Positions 13,991 to 26,238 of a stretch of DNA of 64,000 nucleotides are shown here, in pieces. Numbering within the stretch: the stretch's first letter is position 1; each line of letters starts with the position of its first letter. Location of the stretch: the NCBI GenBank assembly GCA_020536535.1, contig JAHLWZ010000590.1, forward strand, positions 42,147 through 106,146, in the 5' to 3' direction. The translations under genes and the position numbers were made by a program. The notes beneath the pieces were generated by a model. It was not told where the DNA came from. It searched no databases and worked only from the letters and a program-made list of their open reading frames with translations. Origin of the DNA: Pelomyxa schiedti (lineage: Eukaryota; Protista; Evosea).

Positions 13991-15785
13991 ATGCAGTGGT
14001 TATCCAGTTGGTGGGGCTCCGGATCTAATGCTCCTATTCCTACCGGCGATGACTTTCACGGCGAGGTTCCTGTTTCTTCGTACATTCCTACGACCTCGTA
14101 TGCTCTGGCAAGGAAGCCTCGTGTGTTGAGATTTTCACCGGACCAGTTTTTTAGACTCAACATACCGCCTTCTGGTTCTCCGAGTGTTAGGGCTGCTTAT
14201 GATGTATGTACTCCTACCTTTCGCTTTCGGTTTGACTCAAACTATACAAGTACCCTCTTGTATCAAATGTCGATATCGCAGACGAGCAGACTCTGAAAAT
14301 TTCGTTTGCTAAAGATGGAGTGCCTCCACTTGTTTTCAGATCCAAGAATGGAACCGAAGCACAAACTGTCGTTACTACATTGCGCAACAAATGTAACTTA
14401 ACGGCGGCATCACCGCGTTATGGCTTTGTGTCCTCCTACTGCCGTGCAAATGACAGCGCTCGCGCTCACAACATATCTCCCGATCTGCAGGAAAGTGCAC
14501 ATAACATTATATCCTCACATAGAACACCGAGTGGACCCCATTCTTCAACACTACCAACTGCTTATGTTCCTGGCACTATGCGTGAGGGGCCTCTTGCAGT
14601 AGTTATTGATACTGGTAGCCATATGTGTAAACTCGGTTATGCTGGTTATGAGGCACCTTTCGTCTGCGTTCCAACAGTTGTTGGTGCCCCCCGCACTTCA
14701 ACGGGCATGGGGCAACAAGAATTGATTGTAGGGGCTGAGGCAAAAGCCTTACACAGCAAGCTGGCTCTGAGAAACCCAGTCACTCGCGGAGTTATCCAAA
14801 ATTGGGAAGATATTGTCCACATTTGGACGCAGGGTTATCGAGTAAGCAACGCTTTTCCTCAAATTCTTTACTCACCCAATCAGATTTTAGGTGCTAAACC
14901 ACATGAGCACCCTGTCTTGTTGACCGAGTCTATAAACAATCCCCGACAATGCCGTGCCAACATGGCTTCTATCATGTTTGAATCCTTCAAAGTACCGTCT
15001 TTGTATTTTGTTGTTCAGCCAGTTCTTTCTCTGCTCGCACAAGGACTAAGCTTTGGTATGGCGGTTGATGTTGGAGATGGCGTTATACAGTGCGTTCCAG
15101 TCTCCAATGGCGCGCCAGTACCTCGTTGCAGCAGGGTACTGGATTTTGCCGGCCAAGATATTACAAACTACTTAATGTCTTTGTCAAATGATGAAATGGG
15201 GAGGTAATACTCGTCGTGCAGTGTCCTTCCACTTACCTGTCTTTTAGGTCTACATGTCCTGGTTTAACTGGTGATTTCCTGGGAGCAGAAAAGCTGAAAG
15301 AAGAAAATGCAAGAATACTACTTAATCCCACCTGGGGAACCTCAAGGGTAGTGACCAGTACTTCCACAACAACGACGTCTTCGTCAAGTGCTTTCACTCA
15401 GTGCATGGAGTTGTTATTTAACCCATCCTTACTGTTCGGAGCTAAGACCGCTAATGTGGGTTTGCACACCGCCGTCTGGGAGGCTATCAAAGCTTGCACT
15501 GACCCAGAGCTACAAACCCAAATGCTGGCCTCTATTGTACCAAGTGGTGGTACAACCAATGCCAGTGGATTTGATGAAAGACTTAGGCAAGAGCTTACTG
15601 TTCTAGCACCTCCCCAAATGAACGTGCAAGTACTCCAACCACACCCCAAACGTAACCGGGCCTATTCTGCGTGGATTGGTGGCTCCACTCTGTGCTCTCT
15701 GCCCATGTTTGACCAAATGCTCATCAGCAAAGCACAGTATGATGAATACGGAGCTTCTGTGCTCAACAACTGCTGGATGTCTTGA
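13991..15785 (+). CDS. Divergent actin-like protein with N-terminal extension; multi-exon
   Basis: VVIDTGSHMCKLGYAG, NPVTRGVIQNWED, HPVLLTE, DVGDGVIQCVPV, VPSGGTT and YSAWIGGS. Confidence 0.85.
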
Positions 15786-15921
15786 CCCACTCCCTTTCCT
15801 TTTGTTTTTTTTTGGCTTTGCGCCTGGCACAACAACAAACAACACAACATGTAGATTTTTTCTTTGTCAAATTTCTATTGTTCCTCCAAAGGTGACTTGT
15901 TTCTCAGTCCGGGCCCCCAGA

Positions 15922-18631
15922 CTAGAAGCCCAGAGCCCTGCGCCGCGCCGCAGCGTCCTGGTACCCAAGGGACTCCGCCTTGCCATACAAACTAGCAGCT
16001 TCCTTGGGGTTCTTGGGCACCCCGGTGCCGGACTCGTAGCACAGTCCCAAGTGGTAGAGAGCCCGGCCGCTCGAGGGGTGTGCCAGCGTGGCCTTGCTCA
16101 GCAGGGCGTAGCACTGGCCGGGGTCCGCGACGGTGCCGACGCCGGTCTTGAAGCACAGCGCGACGTTGATCTCGCCGTCGGGGTTGCCGATCGCCTTGGA
16201 CTTGACGTAGAGCTGCAGGGCGCGCTTGCCGTCCTTGGGGATGGTGGCGGTCCCGCCCTCGTAGATGGCGCCGAGGGCGTTGGCGGCCGCGGCGCTGCCG
16301 GCCGCGCAGGCGCGCTCGTACCACTCCACGGCGGACTCGACGCTGGCGGGCCGCGAGTACTTGCCATAGTGGCTCCACGTGGCCACCTCGTACAGCGCCT
16401 CGCAGTCCCCCGACTCGGCCGCCTTGGCGACGAGCCTGACGCCGCGCTCCGTGTCCTGCGGCGTCGCCGGCGTCTTGGCCAGGAGCTCCGCGCCGAGGAT
16501 GTAGCCGGCGCCGGTGTGGCCCAGCGCCACCGCCTTCTCGAAGGCTGCCGTGGCCGCCGCGGCGTCCTGCGCCACTCCGACGCCGTCGCGGAGCGACACG
16601 CCCCAGAGCGAGAGTGCGCCGAGGAATCCGGTCTGCATCGACTTGCGGTACAGGGATGCCGACTTGCCTTTGTTCACAGGGGTCCCCCAGCCGAACTCGT
16701 GCTGCCTGGCCAGTAGGTACATGGCTCCGCCGTGGTTTTGGCGCGCGAGGTGGTGGAAGGCCCGGAACGAAACGGCGTAGTCCTCGAGCACGTAGAACGC
16801 CCACATGCCGATAAAGAAGGAGACGGCCGAGTTGGTGAAGCCAGGAAACTGTGCCTGCAGGTCATTGTAAAGTTCAGTGCCGTCGTCAATTGCTTCAGAA
16901 TTCTGGAACTGGTGGATGTTGATGCTGTTTTTCAGAGCCGTCTCTCGCAGCGGGCAAACCCCAATCATGCACTCAGGTGGAGGGGCAGGAAGTGCTGCCG
17001 TTCCATATGTTAAGACCAAGGCCCTGTACACAATAATAGCTGGGAAGTAGAATGTGCCCATCTTGCGTGCTGCGTGCATTGCTTTCTTAAGTGTGCGTAC
17101 ACAATCTTTCAGGTTGCCACACTCCCATTGTTGCAGTGATTCCGTTACCCACTGCTTGGCATTGCGCTTTTTCTTCTTTGGTTTGGTAGGTTCGCCTCCT
17201 GAAGACAGTAGAGGAGAAGGCGAGGGTTGAGTTGTTGGGTTTGGGGGTTGGACAGGGTTTGGAGTAGGTGTGACTGGTTCTGGTTTCGTCACTAATGTAA
17301 TGAGAGGTGACTGGAACATTGCAGCAGCTTGTACGGCAGCCATTGCTGCTTTTTCGTGCCGGTGTTTGTGGCGTCTGGGCTGGGAGACATCTGGAGATGA
17401 AACGGTAGTTTCTGATGAACTGGTTGTTGATTCTGAAGATGATACTTGGGGAGTTGTAGCAATCACAGGGTTTGGTGTTACCACAGGATTTGGTGTTACT
17501 ACAGGGTTTGGCGTTACTGTTGGTTGTGCAACCGGGGGACTGGCAAGTGTCACATCTAAAATAAGGTGACAAGATAGACTGACAAAAAAAAAGAGAAACT
17601 TGATGTCTTGACCAGATCTCCTAGAAGCAATGGGGAGTTTTGCATTGCTAAGTCAACTACAATCAGAGATGGGGTGTCCACAACTGATGTTACCATTAAT
17701 TCTGTTTCCGGTTCTAAAAGAACCTCTGTTTAATGTGAGTGCTGCACTGTTTTCCAGTGAATGGAAACAACCTTTCTCTGCGGGAATACAAGAAAAAGGT
17801 GACACGTCATAGCCCCAGCAATCACCTCGAATTATGAAAAGAGTTCCTTGACATTGTCCAGTTTTCTTATCTTTTATAAAGCCTTTGGTGACTTCCATGT
17901 CAACAGAAGTGGAGCTCATCGTGTGCCATACAACCTTATTGCCTGTTTGAAAGGGTTGGGGAAAATTTTAAACCCCAAGAAGGCTTTGGCATTTACCAGG
18001 AAAATAATGTGCACTGTCAGTGTTGACTCGTGATGTTATCCCCCTAAAGAGTGCTGCGCCTGGGGGGTAAAACTTCGGCAGTGACCTCAACGCCTGAAGG
18101 AGAAGGAAAATGTATCCCCTCCAACGTCTCAGTTGAAGCATATTGCGTTGGAACAGAGCTCTGTTTAAAATACAGTAGGGGTTGTTATCCCCAAGGTCAC
18201 CAAAGTCAAAAGTGTACAAGGCAATTGCAGCAGCTAGGAAACCCAAAGTCAGCCAAAAGAACTATAACTTGTGCCACATTCCCTAAATAGAAAAACATAC
18301 CATGTTCGAGAGATATAGGAGGGCATTTTCCCGCCACGGATTTTGCCACTTCCATGCACACTTCTGTCACCTATTGGAGGAAAGAAAACCCATAAGTAGT
18401 CTATCATATAAAAAAACAAACAAACAAACACGCAGGGAAGTGGTGTCTAAAGCCTACATTTTCCACATTGGCTATCTTTGTGTCATTGCACGCCTCCCTC
18501 AAAGTAGCAGGGGGCACAAAATCCGCGGGGTAAAGCCTCACCAAGTCCCCAAGTGATTTTATCGCCGCATCAGCATCCAACATGGAAGTCTTGCGTGAAA
18601 AACCCGGCGTGCCCGTTGTCGTTGCCGTCAT
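15922..18631 (-). CDS. Arg-type mono-ADP-ribosyltransferase domain fused to Sel1-like repeats; multi-exon
   Basis: AAIALYT, FRG, MSSTS and AEKEVLLEP (R-STS-ExE triad). A phase-1 intron at about 17556-17598 joins this in frame to a P/T linker and multiple Sel1 repeats (e.g. AMYLLARQHEFGWGTPVNKGKSASLYRKS). Confidence 0.8.
17466..17519 (-). repeat. 18-nt coding tandem repeat x3 (VVTPNP-type units)
   Basis: acagggtttggtgttacc / acaggatttggtgttact / acagggtttggcgttact on the + strand. Confidence 0.8.
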
Positions 18632-18851
18632 TCCTTTTATTGATTGTACAAAGCCACTCTGGTTGGTTTGTTTTTGTCTGATTCCAGGAAGAATGGGTTG
18701 AAAAATAAAACTAACAACAGCCAAAGAGCTGTTCGTTTTTCGTTGTGGTTTCCTTTCCATAAAAACATTCGTAAGAATCGTTTATTATGGCAAGAGAAAC
18801 CATCTTTTGATGCGCCGGCTGAGTCTTTCGCTTATGATTACTGCTGCGTGT

Positions 18852-19923
18852 TTAATTTCTGCATGTATTGTAGCTCCCACAGTGTTGACACTTGAGGCCA
18901 AGTACATGAAAAGGGCATGAGCTGACAGTGTGACACTGTTTACACAGGATTGATATTGTGAGGTTCCGGTATTCTTCTGGCATGGGTGTTTCCGCAATCT
19001 CCTGATCAAGGGCTTCGGTTGCATCTCGTGTATCAACGCATTCACGGCCACACGTTGGGCAGCAGGAGAGTCCTTTTTTCAGCATTTTCTTTAAGCATGC
19101 ACAATGAAGACTTTTTTCTTAAGTTAGTAGGCAGTTTCAGGTGTTTTCGTTTTATTACCTGTGTCCGCATGCCAATGTACTGCATGGACTCGTAGATGTA
19201 AACATTAACTCGAAGCATATAGGGCAAGCACTATGTAATAAATTTTCAGTGCACTTATGTTCACCCCTTGGTAGACATGTATTGCACTTGCTGCAGTGCT
19301 GGTAATCCGTTGGAGACAAACCCTTTCCTGCCACTCTACATAAGCCACATGCGGTGCAGTGCCAAATCTTCTTTTCGGGGGTGTCATCATAAAATATACA
19401 CACAGGGCACCAGTAACACGCAAAATCATTGGAACAAGATTGACATGTGCGAGTTGGAGGCTGTTCCTAACAGATATATGTTGTGAATAACGGACAAAGC
19501 CAATCGGTTTTTGGCGCGAGTATCTTACCGTTCTGCATAACAAACATCTAACACGCTTTACTGCACGTCTGTCCATTTCCTCCACACCGCACGATCTACC
19601 TTAATAGAGGAATTAAATGGTTATGGAAAAGAAAAGGGTAACGTCATAAAAGCACCATTTTTGTAATACCTGCTCTGGTCATCATAGTTCCATCTGCGAC
19701 TCCTTCGTTATGGCAAAACCTTTAACAAACGTAACCGCGCGGAACCGCTACACAAAAAGGTACAAAACCCTTATGAGAGAAAACCTCGCCAACAACAAAG
19801 AAAAAGGGGGGGGGAACCAAAAAAAAAAAAAAACCTGCAAGAGACCCAATTTCCACAACACGGCGCCAACAATTCGCAATTTCTTCGGTAGTGTCGACAT
19901 CCCCTTGGCTCCGCGGCACTCAT
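18852..19923 (-). CDS. RCHY1: CHY zinc finger / RING E3 ligase (Pirh2); multi-exon
   Basis: GCRHYRRNCELLAPCC, HCTACGLCRV, CPICFELMF...CGH, CPTC, EIAETPMPEEY and FHVLGLKCQHCGSYNT. Confidence 0.9.
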
Positions 19924-20312
19924 CGCTCACCACGGATTATGAGTTGATTATCTGATCCTCAGGACCCGATCACGCCGGCGAGACAGGTCTCTGATCATCC
20001 CCCGAGTTCCGAACTACTGATTTCATTTCCCTTAGCGCCCAAAGAACCTTGTGATATCTACAGCTGGAGCTCCGAACCTCGCCGGAAGGTGAGGATCTTC
20101 CGGACTGGTACGAAGGGAGTTCTTGCTTATTTCGTCCACGAGACCCATACCAGGAAGGCACAACCACACTCCGACAGTCAAAATCAGGTGATTATGCTTC
20201 GCCGATTGAACATATCTCGCTGTGCTGTGAGTTTGAAACATTCGCGAAACCAGCCTTTATAAGCTCCTCGAAAACCTGCAAACCAACCAAACAAACTTTG
20301 CAATAAACAGCT

Positions 20313-23275
20313 ATGAAAGCACTACTAGGGTCACACAACAAGATATCCGACTCGAGCGTCAGCCTCGGCATGAGCCCGAGTGCGAGCAGTATACACTTGG
20401 TAGGAATTGGGACGCCAATTGACTATGCTCGTGTAATGAATAAAAGGTTGGTTCCGTAGTCTTCGTTGGGTCAGTTTGTTCTAATTTAGCGCCAGTAAAA
20501 CTGCAGGAGTATGCTCCTTGATGGTTGTCGTGCCAGTAGTCGCAGTAAGTGTAGTGACATTAATTGTATTAAGTACTTTGGCTCCTATGACGGCATTATG
20601 GGTCAAATCCCTTGATTCGCTGTCTGGAACATGTACCACAAGCATTTACAAGGTTTCTGTGGAATTTTTTCTTCCGGTGGTAGTAGAACTAATCGCAGCG
20701 ACAGGAGATTGACGTGTACAGAACGCTTCTTGTTGAGAAGAGTGTAACAGCATTGGCCAACAAGATGAACGTACCTCCAATCGTAGCCGCATCGGCCAAG
20801 ATTGCCATACCAGAGTCTGTATATCTGAATCCGCTCCCTCTAGGAGTTGATCCGACTGGTTCAATGATGATTATCAGAGGCTTGGCCAGCCAATACCCCA
20901 CTATAAACAACATGGTGTGCTTTCGCCGAAAACCTTTAAATTGTCAAGTTAGCTAACTTCTTTGAAGTGCGCAGGTTGGGTCAACGCACAAGGGGCTCAC
21001 CTGTACACTGACAGTCAGACTTATTGGGGCTGGTATGATAGCAATATTAACGCCACCCCAACGTTCTGCTACATTGATGACGGAATCCCCACCTTTTGCA
21101 GACGCAAACCAAACGCCCTCACAAATTACAATCTCACCATCAGAGCTTGGTGGTGAGTACACCTTAGTTTCTAACAATTCCTAACACCCACAAGGCAAAT
21201 GGGGCTCACAGCGTGGGAGGGAGCCTGGACTTCTGTCTATTCATCGTCAAACCCCCTCGATGGAAGAGTGATTGCATACACTCTGAGGGCGAGCGCCACG
21301 CAAATTGCAGTAATTCAGGTGGCCTACAGCATCAAATTCCTGGAGACATTTTTTACCTCTCTCAACTTGACTGAGCATGGAGTGGCTTTCTTGGTCGAAA
21401 CAGGGACTTTGAAGTTAATTGCAGGATCTGTTGGTGTGCAGATTTTGACACCCACTAATGGAGATATCTATGCCCCGAATTCGCCCGACCTTTTTGTTGC
21501 TGCAGCTACTCAACAGGTTCGGTTCTCAAACTTTGTGTTTAAAACGTGTACCTAAACTTCGGATAAAAAACAAAAACTCAGTGGGTTAATGACACTGGTG
21601 GAACGCCTGCTGAAAGGCATATGGAAGTAGTGTTGAATGGGACTCACTCTTTTATCGATGTCGCTCCAATTCGGGCAAATGGGGGGCTTGTTCTGTGGCT
21701 ATTTTTGATCACACCTGAAGAGGTTTCTTACTTGCATACAGTCCATACGAAGTGACAAAAAACCAGGATTTCTTGCAAGATATTGACGACGAGCAAGACA
21801 AGGCTGTTGATCACGCTTACTTCCTTCTGTGGGTGCTGTTAGGTGTAGAATTGGCTATAGGAGTTGCTGCAGTTGGCATCAGTGTCTCACTATCTCTATT
21901 CTTGGCTCGATCCCTCTCCGCTGTTTCACAGAAGCTCCAAAAAGTTTCTCGAGGGCAGTTATCCAGGTTTGCGCCCCTGTTCCTTTTTTTTTATTTTACT
22001 AATAACTTAAAAAGAAGGGAAAGCAGCACTGAGCTACGAAGAAGCATGTTGAGGGAAATTGACACGGTCTGTACTTTCACGACTTTCATATTTCCTGATT
22101 TCTTGTTTCCAGTTAAACTCTGAAGTTACTATCATGCAATCGGCTCTTGATTCATTCAGCCAGTATGTTCCTACCCAAGTTGTGAGGTACCTGTGCAAGA
22201 ATCGAATGAAACCAGTTGTTGGAGTGACTCAGATGCACTGCACTGTGATGTTTCTTGACGTTGTTGACTTTGTATGTAAACGGGAAAGTGACCGGAATTA
22301 CTCATCTTCAAAAAGACTCAGAAAATGGAACAATACGGTGCACAAGTGATTATTCAAGTTCTTTCCACTATGTTTGAATCCTTTTCCTCGATTGTAACGA
22401 AGAATCGTGGCTGTATTGATAAGGTAAAATGCATTTAAACTCCGGACTTCCTTTTGGGATCTAACTTATGCCTTTCCTATTTAGTACATTGGAGATGCCA
22501 TCATGGTACCTAACCTCAAAAAATCCTTCCTAAAATTTACCCCGATTCAGGCACTGTGGGGATGTCCAATGGTCGATCCTACATCTGAACTGAACGCATG
22601 CAGAGCAGTCGCTGAGATTATGGCTGATGTGGATAGACTGAATTGTGTTTTCAAATCCAAGTCTTTACCCGAAATGCATATCAGAATCGGGGTATGTATC
22701 TGTCTTCCTTTTTTGAGTGCTCATACAGTTTCAGTTACACTCCGGTGAGGTCAATGCTGGAAATGTTGGGTCCAGTCAAAGACTCAACTTCACCGTTCTA
22801 GGCAACACTGTAAATTTAGCAAGCCGATTGGAACCTTTGAACAAGGAGTTGGCAACATCCGTTCTTGTTTCTGACACCATCAGAAACACATGCTCGGTAG
22901 ATGGAAACACCATGTTCTCGTACCGTGCCCTGGGTCACATCCAAGTAATAGGCCCCTTCTCTGTCAAACCGCAACTGAACACTTTCATAGGTGAGGGGCT
23001 TCAAAGAGCCTATCCTCGTTCACGAATTTCTTGGTTTCACATCAAAGTACCTCCCTCCTCTTTATCATTCATTGGCCTTCGTAACACCACGTACTAGATT
23101 GCCCCCTGCAACACAACAAATGTTGCACAGCTTCTCCATCGTCGATAAGATTCTGTGCAAGAAAGTTACAGAAGCTACACCTGCCACTGATGCTCTGGAA
23201 ACCTATCTGGAAGAAAACCCTGACGACTTCACAGCCATCCAAGCACGAAAATTCATTGTTCATAGAGAGAACTAG
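20313..23275 (+). CDS. Membrane class III adenylyl cyclase with extracellular sensor region; multi-exon, 5' end approximate
   Basis: TM segment FLLWVLLGVELAIGVAAVGISV, a HAMP-like linker, FSQYVP, VMFLDVVDF, IDKYIGDAIM, IRIG and FTVLGNTVNLASRLE. Confidence 0.85.
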
Positions 23276-23346
23276 TTTAATGTTTTTCTAAACTAAAAAA
23301 AATAACTTTTACTTTGATTTGTAGTGTCACAATCGCTTTGGGTATT

Positions 23347-25884
23347 TTAGTGCAATAACAACAGTGCAAGGAGGGAAATAACGAGGAACAAGAAACTGGT
23401 GTGGTATTTGCTCCCTACTGAGGGCTGTGGGGAAACAGATAGTGATTCTGATGGGCACACAGCCGCAGTGTCACAGGAAATCTCAACAAACGAGATTTGA
23501 ATATCAGCATCGGACACTGTGGCATTGGAAATGAAGTCTGTCATTTCTCTGTGTAAAGAGAAAGTTAGTTCATTTGACTCAGTCGGTTACGCCGTACACT
23601 AATGAATCGCCTTCCACAATCTGGTCATATATATCAATTGCTGCGTCGTCATAGATTGCTTGATACTGCGGAAGATAAGAAAATACAAAAATTGGAGGAC
23701 AGTAACTGTAAGTTCAATGGAGGCATCTATGTTTTCTCGTTTTTCACCGCTTGATGCCTGGCTGATAGAAACGTCTTTGATAAAATCAGGACGTGAAATA
23801 ACAGGCAGTCGGTGGGCCACTTCATCCTTTGCCATCTGGAGTACGGCGGCTTCCCCTACTGCGCCAATAGCAGAGTCCCAATCAAGTCCAACCACTCCCA
23901 CTTTGATCTTATACTCAGCTGTTGAGCAAGGCGGGCAAACGAGTCCATCCAGGCCAGCTCTATAGCCCCGAATTTCAAGAATATCATTGTAGACATGGCA
24001 GCAGCAAAACAATGTATCCTCTAACCCCTTGTATATGTCCTGACAATAAGAGGGAAGTTCAGCTGATTCCCAGCCTGCAACAATATCTCCCGAAGAGGTC
24101 AGAGGTACCAAGCATTCAGAAGGAACCGAAGGAACAACCCCCAGAGACTCGTTAAAAACGCCAAGGCAACTAAGAGATGTTGAGATAAACTTCCTATGAA
24201 CAACACATACTTGCTGTCCAAGCCTGTGGATGGCCAATACTTATTCTGGAACTGGCACATCATGTCATAAGCAAGACCCATATTTTCTCGAGCAAGGATT
24301 TCACTAGCACACGGAACACAAACTGGAAGGACTACTAGATCAAGTCGAGGGATGTCAACAATGTTGACTATAAGAGTGCGAAAGCATTGCTCTCCTGATG
24401 TGCGATGTAAAACCACTACGCAAATGGAAAAAGAGTAACCTGTTACGTTTGTGTAGACCGCTTGTGAGTTGCATAACACTTGGCCGAAAGAGAGAAGAGG
24501 TCGAGCAATATCAGCAAAGCTAGGACAAGCACATAAATCGAGAATAACTTCCAGTTGTGACGTGAACTCCTCCAAAAGGTAAGGTGCACTGAAAAAAGTT
24601 GGTTTCTCTGATTCTTCGTGGGTGAAAATAATACCAAATCGACTCTGCTGCCACCATTTCATCTAAAATACCCTTGAAGGCAAGCTGGGCGGCAAGGCTG
24701 GGTGACATTAGAGCGAGGAAAGGAAAAGTTGTTCCACAATACCATTCGCCTTCTACAGTACGAACTATTGGTGATACTGCGGGTGTAGTGGTAACGGTGG
24801 AGTGAACAACGAAGCTCCATCGGTTGCATGAGGCCCAGTTTGATGAGGTTCTGGAAAATGCATCACATGCACTTTTCACATCCTGTATAGCACATAAATA
24901 TAGGGTTGAGTGTTATCATTTTACTCACTCTTGCTTGTACTGATACCACCTTTGGAGATCTCTATGAAGTGAATGAGTTATTATCCTGTTAGAGTGCGAC
25001 AAACCGTAATTCCAGAAGAAAAGAGCAATTCAGGGGCAGTAAAAACTGAAGCACATGTGGAACAGTCACTCACACTGACTAGAGACATCCAAGTTCCTAG
25101 GGTTTCGGGCTTCATAAGAGATATTAGTGTCTCCACGGTTTCACACAGTGAGGCATCGTTCTCACTTTCCCACTGTGTTACTGTCATGGCCGAGGAATCT
25201 ACAGCTGAATAGAGAGCGTCTTGGGCGTATATATCTCCACACATTCCGGTGAAAAGCATTTTTGGCATTATGTTGAACCTCTCCCCATTCAACAATGAGC
25301 ACATCCTTGATGTGTCAGCCGCCAAGCTGGTCTCAGTGTATCGAGACCTCAAATACACTCCCATCAGCACAGCCACTGATGCCTCAATTGGAGGAGACAA
25401 AGAATTCTGCGAGATAGCGCCGTAGAGAGCAGTCCCCGACAGAGGAGCAGAAGCGTAACCATACGCAATTAGCACCGTTGTGTTGACAGTAACGCAGCTC
25501 CCGCACAAAGTGACGGTGCCGGTGCCCTGGTCATCCACACAAGCAGGCTCGGTCACATCGGGGCAAGTTGTCTCCGAGCCAATTGCGGACCTCACGCCAT
25601 AAGCCAGAGAAGACGAAGAGTCGCCCAGCAGGGCGACAAACAGGTCGCCACCAGAAGCTAATGTGACATCAGCAGAAGCGCGCGCACTGTCCATCTGCTG
25701 TGCCAACCACAACGTTACATCGGGTCCGCATGTAGATCCTCCGCAGGAACCAACTTCACGTGATAAAAACAAGGATGTGAATCTCGAGTAGGGAAAAAAA
25801 AAAAAGGAGGAGTGGAGAAAGGGGCAGTATTGTCATACGGAAGGATAGAGCGAAGAGGGAAAATAAAATAAACGCGGGTCGCAT
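23347..25884 (-). CDS. Putative secreted, GPI-anchored Cys-rich surface protein; multi-exon, internal exons uncertain
   Basis: Signal peptide MRPAFILFSLFALSF|LGSC formed across an intron. Cys-rich ORFs follow. The C-terminus ends in a hydrophobic tail (FLFLVISLLALLLLH*) with no cytosolic residues. Confidence 0.55.
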
Positions 25885-26238
25885 TCGAGGGATAATTGGT
25901 AGATCTGGAAATAAACACCCGGCGTGCGTGGTTGGCCAAGCGGTTTTTTTCTTTTGTTTGTATCAACTTGTTTTGAAGAAGAGCGTTCTCACATGGAAAT
26001 AAAAGACTAATGAGGTTTCTTTCACATTTCAGCAATACATCAACGTAAATACTATCTAGGAAAAAACATTCTCCGATTGCAAGTTTTAAGAATAGACCAG
26101 TTCTTCCAGGTGCGGAACTCTGCCCCCAAGGTCGAGCACACATGCTCAACACCTCGCGAAGGGATGGGTTAGAGTTCCATTTTCCTCAGATAAGAGTCAT
26201 GGCAATCTAGCTTAGATCTAAAAACAAATAAAAAAGGA

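Noticed and set aside
15676-16814. Long alternative-frame ORFs over the Sel1 region, and similar ones over other GC-rich blocks
   Set aside because: Expected stop-codon scarcity in GC-rich coding DNA; no independent motifs.
13991-18631. Actin-like gene tail-to-tail with an Arg-ART gene as a toxin/target or decoy pair
   Set aside because: Actin is a classic ART target, but adjacency in a gene-dense eukaryotic genome is weak evidence and nothing else in the sequence links them.
19940-20260. SRP RNA, U3 or RNase P identity for the structured intergenic element
   Set aside because: SRP helix 8 (AGG-GNRA-AGCA), U3 box C'/A and the RNase P P4 partner strand could not be found. Kept only as an unidentified structure.
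25789-25836. Apparent frameshift in an A12 run at the start of the surface-protein gene
   Set aside because: The run lies within an intron. Splicing MRPAFILFSLFALSF to LGSCGG restores the frame.
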